IMG/VR virus record: IMGVR_UViG_3300042318_000386
Span: 1 to 26,984 of that record
DNA: 26,984 bases
Strand: one strand, 5' to 3'
Source: a virus
Taxonomy: Duplodnaviria > Caudoviricetes
This document shows, one piece after another, positions 8,513 through 17,539 of the stretch (positions within the stretch are counted from its first letter, which is position 1; each line of letters opens with the position of its first letter). The notes under the pieces were generated by a model. It made no database searches and had not been told where the DNA came from. It saw only the letters and a list, made by a program, of their open reading frames with translations. A program made the position numbers and the translations under genes.

Positions 8513-8923
8513 TTATAATGTTTTTATCATTTCAGTTGTATAAGAATCTCCTTTTATATACCCTAATTCCGTATAGGTATTTATAAGGCTTTCATTTTTA
8601 ATTAATGCGTATATAAATTTATTACCTGTTTTTTCACAAATATTTGTAAGTGCTGATACCAATAACTTAATGGCATCCTTTCTTTGTGGTTTTTTTGTAT
8701 ATTCCCTGTTTGATATTATCCAATCTACCCAAGCTACTTTTGAATTGGTTATGTACATAAACCCTGCACAAACCGGAACATCTTGGTCAAATACTATAAT
8801 ACCACCTTTTCCATTATCAGGGAGAAAATCCCTTTCAGGAGGCAACCATCCCCACTGCTTCCACCATCCTACAAGAATCTCATCATAATCATTTTCGTTC
8901 AGTTCTCGTATATATAACTCCAT
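8513..8923 (-). CDS. GNAT-fold acetyltransferase-like protein, 136 aa
   Basis: N-terminal IRELNENDY, central beta strands (GIIVFD..PVCAGFMY..VAWVDWIIS) and C-terminal N..LINTYTELGY motif typical of GNAT folds. Occupies the T7 gp13 / P22 gp14-like slot between the nozzle and ejection genes. Confidence 0.7.
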   Translation of the reverse strand: MELYIRELNENDYDEILVGWWKQWGWLPPERDFLPDNGKGGIIVFDQDVPVCAGFMYITNSKVAWVDWIISNREYTKKPQRKDAIKLLVSALTNICEKTGNKFIYALIKNESLINTYTELGYIKGDSYTTEMIKTL

Positions 8924-8930
8924 ATTGTCA

Positions 8931-8938
8931 CAAATTTA
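8931..8938 (-). promoter_or_regulatory. Bacteroidota-type -7 promoter box (TAAATTTG)
   Basis: Exact TAnnTTTG match, overlapping the upstream gene's TAA and ending 7 nt before the GNAT ATG. No clear -33 element located. Confidence 0.5.
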
Positions 8939-9721
8939 AGGAAAACTTTTCATTACTTCTGACTGAACTGCAAATAACTCAATTTTATCACTAGAAGTAT
9001 TCTCAATACTAAATGTACAATAATGTCCTAATACCCCGTGAGACTCAGCTACTGAATTTTTTATATATAAGAAAAATGCATTTTGTATAGGTATTGGAGT
9101 AGCTCCCGGAACGGTAGTGTCAATAGTTAATTGATTTATACCATTAGGCAAGTCTACCGTAATAGCTGTAACTTTTCCTGCTAAAACAGGAACAGTATAA
9201 GGAGGCAGTGAAAAATATAATATATCTCCCACACTTATTATACTTCCTATAGCAATTAATGGAGAAACTAAAAATTTAACAATTACTGCTGACCCACTTC
9301 CTGTAACTTGATAACTTCTTCCTATACCATTTACACTTCTAAGAGCAAGTTCACCTAGTGAATTGTTTCTTATAAATGCAAAATAAGAGGCTTCTTTTTT
9401 CTCAAACCAAGAAGCTTGAATAAATCCTGAATATTGCAGGTCTGTTTCTAACGCTGCGGACCAACTTGCATCTCCTTGAAGATTAATGGTTTTAAATAAT
9501 TTGTTCTCTAAAGGGGCTGTATTCAATACACTTTGTAATGTAGTAGGACTAAATTGTCCATAAAATGTATTTCTAGAAGCATTTACATTGTGCCTATATA
9601 GATTGCCTCCTTTAAAAGTATAGAAATAATTATTCATCCCAATCATCCAATCAGGGTAATATGAGTAAAAGGATACCCATCCTGCAACCATATCGCTATA
9701 TGTTAATGTATAATTTGCCAT
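8936..9721 (-). CDS. Tail nozzle/stabilization protein, C-terminal part encoded as a separate gene, 261 aa
   Basis: Begins YTLTYSD..AGWVSFYSYYPDWMIGMNNYFYTFKGGNLYRHN..FYG and ends KIELFAVQSEVMKSFP. From memory these match the C-terminal region of single-chain tail stabilization proteins in Bacteroidota podoviruses. Confidence 0.7.
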   Translation of the reverse strand: MANYTLTYSDMVAGWVSFYSYYPDWMIGMNNYFYTFKGGNLYRHNVNASRNTFYGQFSPTTLQSVLNTAPLENKLFKTINLQGDASWSAALETDLQYSGFIQASWFEKKEASYFAFIRNNSLGELALRSVNGIGRSYQVTGSGSAVIVKFLVSPLIAIGSIISVGDILYFSLPPYTVPVLAGKVTAITVDLPNGINQLTIDTTVPGATPIPIQNAFFLYIKNSVAESHGVLGHYCTFSIENTSSDKIELFAVQSEVMKSFP

Positions 9722-9749
9722 TTTTTTTTATTTTATTATTATTCTATTA

Positions 9750-11099
9750 TTATGGACATCCTATAGAACCACCAACAAAAGTAAAAGGAGTAGATGATGA
9801 TGTACTTGTATATCCTGTTGGTACATAAAAAACATCAGGAATACCTGAAGCATAATACTGACCAAAAGCAGGCGTATTACCCGGTACAACTACAAAATCC
9901 ATACCTACTTGATATTGACAAATTCCTCCAACATTATTCCAAACTTCCATAATAACATTAGTTGCAGCAGGACACGCAGCTTGACACGCACCCAATGTGG
10001 CATATGTACCTGTTCCATCACCCGGATCAGTACAAACACCTAAAACACAATTATACGTTACAGGAAAACAAGCAGCTTGACAAGCTACTAGTGTAGCGTA
10101 AGTACCACTACCGTCACCGGGATCGGTACAAACACCTGAGACACAATTATAGGATACAGGAGGAGGTGGTACGCAAGTACCTAAATCAATTACAACTCCA
10201 TCAGCATCTACCTCAAACCAATCATTCCCACCTATTATTGAACCTGTTGCAAGATAAAATCCTGCAGGTAATTGTGTAGACCCATAAGCATCTGAATACA
10301 CAAAATCATACAACCCAACAATACCCGGAGTATTTGGTAATGATGCATTATAATAAGTAACTGTTTCAGATAGTAAACATACTGCTGCTGAACTTGCAGC
10401 CATTACACTTGAACTAAACCCTGTAAGTAATACAGGACAAGCTACTGACATATCCCACGCTGTTCCTGAACAAGGACCAACTATCTCAAAATTAATTATT
10501 GAAGGAGAAGATGTAAGTTTTGGTATAACCATTAAACAATTACCGGGAGCAAAAGCTCCTAAAGACACATCACCCGGTGCAACAGTTACACTTTGAGTAT
10601 TGCCTGTTGCATAAAATGCCGTACCATCATATAAATATTCAATTAATGCAGGGTAAGTTGTTCCTGATATTCCACAATCACCACCTGTTGATCCTACATA
10701 TGTAAACGATCCTGCATTTGTACTCTCGTGTAACCCGTCTACAGATGATGTTAACTTGTTATACACATTTGCTCCAAGTGTTCCTCTAATACCATCAGGC
10801 ACACTAAAAGGGTCAAATCTAACTATAACTGCACCAACATCACCTACTGCAGTTCCTGTATCTAGGTTTAATAAATATATACCCTGAGTACCACTTGCAG
10901 ATATATTTACACCACAAGGTGTAGCACAAGATGGACAAGTTTGTTGTGGCAATAAGACACAACCTACCTGCTCTCTTGATATAACGCCATCTGAATAGAA
11001 TCCGTCAGTAGCACAAATTAATAATGCACTATCTGTAAATACAGCAGTTGCTGACCCAAGAGAGGGTGCATTTATGTAATATGATGAACTTGTTGCCAT
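9750..11099 (-). CDS. Cys-rich, acidic, beta-rich putative tail appendage / receptor-binding protein, 449 aa
   Basis: By my count 21 Cys and only 2 Lys plus 3 Arg; rich in Gly/Ser/Thr/Val; internal repeats; no signal peptide; lies between the two nozzle parts. Confidence 0.65.
   Translation of the reverse strand: MATSSSYYINAPSLGSATAVFTDSALLICATDGFYSDGVISREQVGCVLLPQQTCPSCATPCGVNISASGTQGIYLLNLDTGTAVGDVGAVIVRFDPFSVPDGIRGTLGANVYNKLTSSVDGLHESTNAGSFTYVGSTGGDCGISGTTYPALIEYLYDGTAFYATGNTQSVTVAPGDVSLGAFAPGNCLMVIPKLTSSPSIINFEIVGPCSGTAWDMSVACPVLLTGFSSSVMAASSAAVCLLSETVTYYNASLPNTPGIVGLYDFVYSDAYGSTQLPAGFYLATGSIIGGNDWFEVDADGVVIDLGTCVPPPPVSYNCVSGVCTDPGDGSGTYATLVACQAACFPVTYNCVLGVCTDPGDGTGTYATLGACQAACPAATNVIMEVWNNVGGICQYQVGMDFVVVPGNTPAFGQYYASGIPDVFYVPTGYTSTSSSTPFTFVGGSIGCP
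9972..10151 (-). repeat. Two tandem 28-aa four-Cys modules
   Basis: YNCVSGVCTDPGDGSGTYATLVACQAAC (10151-10068) and YNCVLGVCTDPGDGTGTYATLGACQAAC (10055-9972), 96-nt period. Confidence 0.95.
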
Positions 11100-11108
11100 A
11101 TGTTTTTT

Positions 11109-14100
11109 TTAAGGTGCTACTCCGCAGTTACAACAAACGTCAAATAAATCTATATTTGAGTAACAAAGTGTAACAGGAACTGATTCTCTGAAATCCCATA
11201 TCAAATATAAATAATCTTCTAGAATTGGAACAGTAAAATCTGCATAATTATATGAACCACTACCTAAATTAGGTGTTGCAGTTGTTGCTAAACCTAGTAA
11301 AGTATTTATATCAACAGTAGTATTTGCATATAAAGTATCTGAAACAAAGTATTTAAACTTGTCATTAGCTGCATCAAATACAAATGTATCAGTTGCAAAT
11401 TGATTTGAAATTAAACTCATTGTACTTCCTGCAGGAGGGAACCCTCCTGTACCAACAAAATCTGTAGTTACATTGTATCTTGATACAAGAGGATTGGTAG
11501 TCCCGTCAGCAAAAATTACAAAACTTGATTGCAATGGAGAAACAAATGCTCCACTAGTAAATCTATATTGAGTATGAATGGTATCTCCTGAATTATAATC
11601 ACTTGTTAAAACAATTTGTACTATGTTTAAAGACTCAGCATTACAACAAGCAGCAAGAACATTTAATGTAATATCTCCTGTGTAATTTATTGTAATAGTT
11701 GCAGTTTCTACTGAAATAGTGTCTTTATTAAATGTTAACGTGCCTGAAGTATTTACCAATCCTGTAGTACCAATGGTTCCGTTATAATCAACAATTATTT
11801 CAAATTCACCTCCTACTGATATAGCTATAACTTCATATGTAATGTCAGTTAATCCTATCGTAGGACCTAAATCAACACAGTATACCATTTGTTTTACCTC
11901 TCCTGCTACCGTTGATAAATTAAATACTTGAGAAATACCACAGTTTATACATTGAGGATTAGATGGTAATTGTATGTCATTGGTTGACAAAACATACTCA
12001 TTCATATATGGATCAAATCCACCCAATTTCTGAGTACTAAATGAATTATTGAAAGTATCTCTAAACCAAGTCCGCATATTCATTTCAGATATGACTTTTA
12101 ATTGGTCATTTGAAACAGAATCGCCTCTTAATTGAAGAACTACACCACGCTTTACATCTGTAAAAAATCTGTCGTATCCCCACTGAATATAACTCTCAGG
12201 ATTAAAACTAATTCCATATTTTTCAGTACGAGCAATTTGGGTTCCCAATACTTCAGGAACTGAGGTTACTGCACCACCACCTGTAGAATCAGATAATAAA
12301 TTTTTACCTGTTAATACATATGATATTTTATCTTCTTGCAAAACAAGGACATCTGTTTGTCTTCCATCCATTATAAATATATCTCCAAACGATGTTTCTA
12401 AATTCTTGTAGTTTAATAATCCTAAATTAAATTCATTTAGCTTATTTATATTTGACTCTGCATTATATACACCACTATAAGTAATGTCTGAGAATCTATC
12501 AGTTGCTTTGTAATCTTGTGCTGATACACTTGTAACTCTATTACCAAAATTAAAAGACCTTCCTATAATTGAGTCACGAATCTTATAACTTTCTGCTCCA
12601 TTTCCAAATGCAAAACAATTAAAAAACTTAGTGTCAACAATTGCAGGTGTAGCCGTCCCTATATTTTGGTTTTGGATATTACCCATATGATTACCATTTT
12701 CAATAGCAAATGACATCTCATTTTCAAAAAATACATCAGGTAAAGCATCAGATGGTTCTGTTTCAAATATTAAAGTATTTTCAGCACGATATACCGTGAA
12801 TTTAGCTTCAACATTAGAAGCACGACTATTTGGGAATCCAATTCCCCAACAACTTGCTGTACCTGTAATCATTAATTCCAACTCATTAGTAGTTGGGTCT
12901 CTATAAAACTGATAATAATTTGTTCCTAAAGCTGTAGGTATAGTTGGACTAAGGAGTCCGGGAATAAATGTATTTACAGAAGGAGTCTCACCACAAGATG
13001 TAGTTACTATAGCATCTTTTAAAATTTGATCAATATTATCTCCTATCCACCAATCATACATATTGTCATAATTCCTAGAAGATATTACAGTTTTTTCTAA
13101 TGTACTTGATCTTTCATAACAACCACATTCTACGCCTACTCTATATTGTTTTATACTCATAATAATCCTACTTCCTGATGGAATACTATAATCAGAATAT
13201 GTCCAAGTAGGATTTAATGGATCAAATCCTGCTGCTCTAGCTATATTCATTGGGTAATGAAGTGTTGGATAATTTCCGGGAGGAAATAAAGGACTTGAAG
13301 CAGTTACAAGTTTTTTGCCGGGATCAATAACAGCTAATTCATCCTGAACAACAGTAAAACTATTTGGATTTACTTTGATATATACTCCTGCAGGTACAGG
13401 TATAAAAACAGTCGGATCTAATTCACTTGGTATTTCAATAAAATTTGATCCTTGAGAAGACTTTTCTAGTACAGTTGTATATACACAACTAGAAGTTGCT
13501 CCATTTGAATCAGCTTTTACAATTAACCTATCACCTACTTCAGTTTTTCTTGCATTCTCACCTTCAAGTAAAAGATATGCATTGTTTGTTAATGGATCTT
13601 GAAAATATATACTACAATAAATTGTCTCATAATTCTCTTCATCAGGTTTAATAACAAACTTATATCTCTTTGCCCAAGCAGGAGGTAATTGTGTCGGTGG
13701 TATAGTTACTTGTATTGAATTTTGATAAGAAGAAAATCCACAAGCTACGTGTTCAGTATTATTAGGACTAACTAAAGCAGTTGTTGCTCTGTTAAACTCA
13801 TCCATATAAACTATACCAATCTCATAATCACGATTACTATGCAAACTTTGTGGACTAGCTATTTTTTGAAAAGTAGCATTTACGTATAATGTTTTATAAT
13901 ACTCATAAAAAGTTTGAGTTGGAGTTACAATATTGTCCACATATTGCATTGCAATAAACTGAAGTCCTATTACACTACTTCCGGGACTTGTTATAATTGT
14001 AACAGGTTGACCAACTGCACTTACACCACTTCCTGATTTTATATATGCATCTAAGTTATTAGGAAGAGCACAATTCACTGAATCAGTAAATGTTATTCCT

Positions 14101-15557
14101 GTACAATAATTAGCAGGTACTGTTTGTATATTAACAGCAGTTCCTATTGCATTTTGAAACTCAACACTTGTTGCTAATTCATATACTGATGCATACGATG
14201 TAGATAAAAAAAATGCAAAATTTAATGGTATTACATCTGTAGTTTCAGTAGGATAAGGTCCATCTCCTGAAAAATCAGAATGAGTTATGGTTACTTCTAA
14301 ATTAAAAGAAGCTCCTTGTACTAAATCTTGCCCTGCTAAATCAAATGTAACTTTAGATTCTGCAATACTTATAGGTATATCAATTGTATAATCACTTGAA
14401 ACTGATCCATCAACAATATCTGAATTTCCTATAGGAGTAGATATTAAATCAGTAGTGTATTCAAGTTTAATAGGACTACCAAATTCATCAACTAAATTAT
14501 ATCCTTCAACATAATTACCATACATTAATCTATTGCCCATAATTGTTTGAGCCTTAGCATATCTAGGTACATTATCATACAATCTTAATAATTCACTTTC
14601 AGCTAATATGGTAAAAATCTTACTATTTGTAAATGTATAATCACGCTCAGTATTATTTGGTATACCTAAATTTGATTTATCTAATTTCTCAATAACCTTT
14701 ATAATATTATTATTAGATTGTTTAAACAATAAATCAATACCAACTACAAGTGGACCACCTGTATTATAAGTTATTATAACTGAATTACAAAAATTAGTCA
14801 TCCCCTCATTTAAAAAACTTTCTATACTAAAACTAAAAGGATTAGGAACAAATGCAGGTTGAGACCATTGTGATGTAGCACTATACTCTCCATCGATATA
14901 TAAGTATCTATAAGCAAAACAAATAAACCTTGTATCTAAATAATTTTCTTGACCATTGGTAACAATAGGTTCAATAGAAGGAGACTCAGTAGGTGGTTTT
15001 TTAATAACAAGTAAAGATTCTGCACTAACTTGATCTATATTAGCAATTGGGTTAGGATAGTTCCTACCCACATTTATAAATCTAGGAGCATTATAATCAT
15101 CAGTAAAAAACAATAACCCATCAATAATGTTAACTCCTGTAATAAGATAACTTGGATTAAAATTTAAAGTTGTATTTAAATTACTTCCATCATTAATACT
15201 AATAACGTGATACGTTAATATGTTTGTAAATATATTAAAAGAAACAATTAAATCAAGTTTCCCTGTAGCTCCAATACCAAAATCATTATCGTGAACAAAC
15301 CAATATATAGTTTCATTTGCACTATCTTCAATAGCACCAATACATCTTGCAGTTGCACTTAATGGCGTACCATCTATATATGTCAATGATGTAAGAGGTA
15401 AATTGCCTTTTGTATTTTCAATTACACCAACTTCAGAATTTTCGGTAGAACCCATTCTGATATTCATAGCATCGACATATTCACCTTCAGGAAGAAGACG
15501 TTGATCAACAACCTTATTCATTCTTCCTGCTATAAAGTTCCTTGTAAAATTTGCCAT
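11109..15557 (-). CDS. Tail nozzle / stabilization protein (tail tubular protein B-like), N-terminal part with a Cys-containing C-terminal extension, 1482 aa
   Basis: N-terminus F.AGRMNK..D.RLLPEGEY.DAMNIR; LFFTDDYNAPRFIN; FAYRY.Y.DGEYSA.SQWS; GNRLMYGNYVEGY; YEIGIVYMDEFNR; YGISFNPES; LGGFDPY. Beta-propeller-like pattern, located after the adaptor genes. Confidence 0.8.
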   Translation of the reverse strand: MANFTRNFIAGRMNKVVDQRLLPEGEYVDAMNIRMGSTENSEVGVIENTKGNLPLTSLTYIDGTPLSATARCIGAIEDSANETIYWFVHDNDFGIGATGKLDLIVSFNIFTNILTYHVISINDGSNLNTTLNFNPSYLITGVNIIDGLLFFTDDYNAPRFINVGRNYPNPIANIDQVSAESLLVIKKPPTESPSIEPIVTNGQENYLDTRFICFAYRYLYIDGEYSATSQWSQPAFVPNPFSFSIESFLNEGMTNFCNSVIITYNTGGPLVVGIDLLFKQSNNNIIKVIEKLDKSNLGIPNNTERDYTFTNSKIFTILAESELLRLYDNVPRYAKAQTIMGNRLMYGNYVEGYNLVDEFGSPIKLEYTTDLISTPIGNSDIVDGSVSSDYTIDIPISIAESKVTFDLAGQDLVQGASFNLEVTITHSDFSGDGPYPTETTDVIPLNFAFFLSTSYASVYELATSVEFQNAIGTAVNIQTVPANYCTGITFTDSVNCALPNNLDAYIKSGSGVSAVGQPVTIITSPGSSVIGLQFIAMQYVDNIVTPTQTFYEYYKTLYVNATFQKIASPQSLHSNRDYEIGIVYMDEFNRATTALVSPNNTEHVACGFSSYQNSIQVTIPPTQLPPAWAKRYKFVIKPDEENYETIYCSIYFQDPLTNNAYLLLEGENARKTEVGDRLIVKADSNGATSSCVYTTVLEKSSQGSNFIEIPSELDPTVFIPVPAGVYIKVNPNSFTVVQDELAVIDPGKKLVTASSPLFPPGNYPTLHYPMNIARAAGFDPLNPTWTYSDYSIPSGSRIIMSIKQYRVGVECGCYERSSTLEKTVISSRNYDNMYDWWIGDNIDQILKDAIVTTSCGETPSVNTFIPGLLSPTIPTALGTNYYQFYRDPTTNELELMITGTASCWGIGFPNSRASNVEAKFTVYRAENTLIFETEPSDALPDVFFENEMSFAIENGNHMGNIQNQNIGTATPAIVDTKFFNCFAFGNGAESYKIRDSIIGRSFNFGNRVTSVSAQDYKATDRFSDITYSGVYNAESNINKLNEFNLGLLNYKNLETSFGDIFIMDGRQTDVLVLQEDKISYVLTGKNLLSDSTGGGAVTSVPEVLGTQIARTEKYGISFNPESYIQWGYDRFFTDVKRGVVLQLRGDSVSNDQLKVISEMNMRTWFRDTFNNSFSTQKLGGFDPYMNEYVLSTNDIQLPSNPQCINCGISQVFNLSTVAGEVKQMVYCVDLGPTIGLTDITYEVIAISVGGEFEIIVDYNGTIGTTGLVNTSGTLTFNKDTISVETATITINYTGDITLNVLAACCNAESLNIVQIVLTSDYNSGDTIHTQYRFTSGAFVSPLQSSFVIFADGTTNPLVSRYNVTTDFVGTGGFPPAGSTMSLISNQFATDTFVFDAANDKFKYFVSDTLYANTTVDINTLLGLATTATPNLGSGSYNYADFTVPILEDYLYLIWDFRESVPVTLCYSNIDLFDVCCNCGVAP

Positions 15558-15558
15558 T

Positions 15559-16482
15559 TTATTTTATTTGCTTGTCCATTCCTCTCATATTCATTAAGAG
15601 TCTGCCGGGATGAATGTTACTGATTCTAATCTTTGCATTATTTAACAATGCTTTTCTTTTTTTACGAGAACGAGCGATAATATATTCTTGTACACCAAGT
15701 TTAGAACTTAATATTTCATATTCAATTGCTGCATAAACATATGCTTCAAATAACTTATTAACAGTAATCAGAGAGTTATCCCCTTGTTCCATACCGTCAG
15801 ATATATATTCAAGTATACAAGATTCTCCTGACATTGACGAATCAAAATTAATAACTCCTGTTTTTCTTTCAATATTAAAAGTAGGATTAAAGTTTGCAGT
15901 CTCTGTATTTAAACCATACGCTGTACCAATGTTGTAATCAAAATACCACATTCCATCATAGTTCCATCCTAACTGACCATTAAATTGGCTTCCTTGATTT
16001 AAGTATATGCTTTTCTTTATATGTGTTAATCTGTCAAGGTCTATACTAGAGTACTGAGGACTTAATGCATTCCCATTTTGATCAAATAAAATTCTACCTG
16101 TATTATCTTGAAGATAAGCCTTTGATGAAAGAGTTTGAATATTTTCAGACAATGGACGTAACCATCCGTTCTTGTATAAAGATACACGAACCCAATTGAC
16201 ATAATCAGATGGTAATATGTATCTTAAATTATCAGGGACTGTTAACTCTAGTATTTTTATCTCTTTAAAAGCATCGTAATTTAATTCTTGAATAGCACGT
16301 TTTGCGTGAAATAATATTTTAAAACGCTCCTCATTATTAACCAAAGAATGGTTGCCGGAATACATTAATAAAAAATTGTTGATAATATCTGTTAAACTAA
16401 CATATTGATATGATCCCCAATTTTTATCTTCAGGTACTACGCCACTATTTTCATAATATTCATATTGTGATATATATGCCAT
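15559..16482 (-). CDS. Putative head-tail adaptor / ring protein, 307 aa
   Basis: AKRAIQELNYD, LPSDYVNWVRVS and LEYISDG motifs with helical termini; lies between the capsid and nozzle genes. Confidence 0.65.
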   Translation of the reverse strand: MAYISQYEYYENSGVVPEDKNWGSYQYVSLTDIINNFLLMYSGNHSLVNNEERFKILFHAKRAIQELNYDAFKEIKILELTVPDNLRYILPSDYVNWVRVSLYKNGWLRPLSENIQTLSSKAYLQDNTGRILFDQNGNALSPQYSSIDLDRLTHIKKSIYLNQGSQFNGQLGWNYDGMWYFDYNIGTAYGLNTETANFNPTFNIERKTGVINFDSSMSGESCILEYISDGMEQGDNSLITVNKLFEAYVYAAIEYEILSSKLGVQEYIIARSRKKRKALLNNAKIRISNIHPGRLLMNMRGMDKQIK

Positions 16483-16493
16483 CTTTAAAATTT

Positions 16494-17447
16494 TTATTGT
16501 TGAATAGCAAATGTAGGTTGTTGAGTTTGTTCTTGAGATAATCCAAATTGAGTTACTTGTATTTCTCTAATTGACATACCACAATACTCAAGTATCTTAG
16601 TTACTAATTTATACTCATCTTCAGTAGGTAACTCAAAGTCTTGATAATCAACTTGAGATTGATCAAATACAGGTTCTCCGTTTGTAAGTGTAACATATGT
16701 CCATTTTGGAACTTTAGGATACCTAAAATAAGTTGCTTCTATTTGACCCTTATTAACTAGAGTAATAGGATAAAAAGTTAATTCATTGCCTTGTAATGCA
16801 TAAACAGGAAACTCAACTGTTGGCTGAGTTAAATTAGAATTAACTAATAAAGAAAGTTTATTATTTATTACTTTTTCAGCTTGAACAACAGTAGCAGAAG
16901 AAATAATAGCGTAAGCATTTCCTACTGCTAAAAATATATTTGAATCTAATGATAAAACTGTATTACTTACTACAGACAATACTGTAGATACTAATCCTGT
17001 AGTTAAATTTGTTACAACATCCCCTGCAGCAATACCATATGTAGTAAATAATGCAGTACTATCAACCAATTGTGAAGCAACTACACTTGTATTTGTACCT
17101 GTTCTAAGGACAACAGGTTTACATTTAACATCCAACAACATATACGTATAGTATCCTGTAGTCGTTGGTGTCGGCATTGAAAATTTATTAGCAGAAATTT
17201 TTGATAGATAATCTGTTCTTAAAAAATATTCTAAAACTTCTGCAATAGGTTGTTCCATATCAGCATAATCTACACCTGATGCACGAGTATTTTCAGCATT
17301 TATAACTTTATTATAATTAGCAAAATACTCTTCAAAAATCTCCATCTGTGAATTAGCTGCATACAGATTAAAATCAGAAGGTGATATATATCCATAATTA
17401 TTCTTATTCAGAACGGATAATACAGCATTTCTTACTCCATTTATCAT
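16494..17447 (-). CDS. Putative tail tubular protein A / adaptor ring protein with an inserted beta domain, 317 aa
   Basis: VL..LNKNNYGYISP.DFNL.A..SQ.EIF N-terminus, Y.RYPK.PKW.Y and FELP motifs; synteny after the capsid genes. Confidence 0.65.
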   Translation of the reverse strand: MINGVRNAVLSVLNKNNYGYISPSDFNLYAANSQMEIFEEYFANYNKVINAENTRASGVDYADMEQPIAEVLEYFLRTDYLSKISANKFSMPTPTTTGYYTYMLLDVKCKPVVLRTGTNTSVVASQLVDSTALFTTYGIAAGDVVTNLTTGLVSTVLSVVSNTVLSLDSNIFLAVGNAYAIISSATVVQAEKVINNKLSLLVNSNLTQPTVEFPVYALQGNELTFYPITLVNKGQIEATYFRYPKVPKWTYVTLTNGEPVFDQSQVDYQDFELPTEDEYKLVTKILEYCGMSIREIQVTQFGLSQEQTQQPTFAIQQ

Positions 17448-17461
17448 TAGTACTTTTTTTA

Positions 17462-17469
17462 CAAATATA
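17462..17469 (-). promoter_or_regulatory. Bacteroidota-type -7 promoter box (TATATTTG)
   Basis: Exact TAnnTTTG match just after a terminator and 14 nt before the ATG at 17447. Confidence 0.55.
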
Positions 17470-17472
17470 CAT

Positions 17473-17501
17473 AAAAAAAAGAGGACACAATGAGTGCCCC
17501 C
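17473..17501 (-). terminator. Rho-independent terminator
   Basis: GGGGGCAC-TCATT-GTGTCCTC (8 bp with two G-U pairs) followed by T8, downstream of the 247-aa gene. Confidence 0.8.
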
Positions 17502-17539
17502 TTCTTTCTTATTTAATCAAACAAAAACAGAGATATTTA

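Noticed and set aside
9722-11980. Intron or intein as the cause of the interrupted nozzle gene
   Set aside because: No intein terminal motifs, homing endonuclease or group I/II intron hallmarks; the insert is ordinary coding sequence with its own starts and stops.
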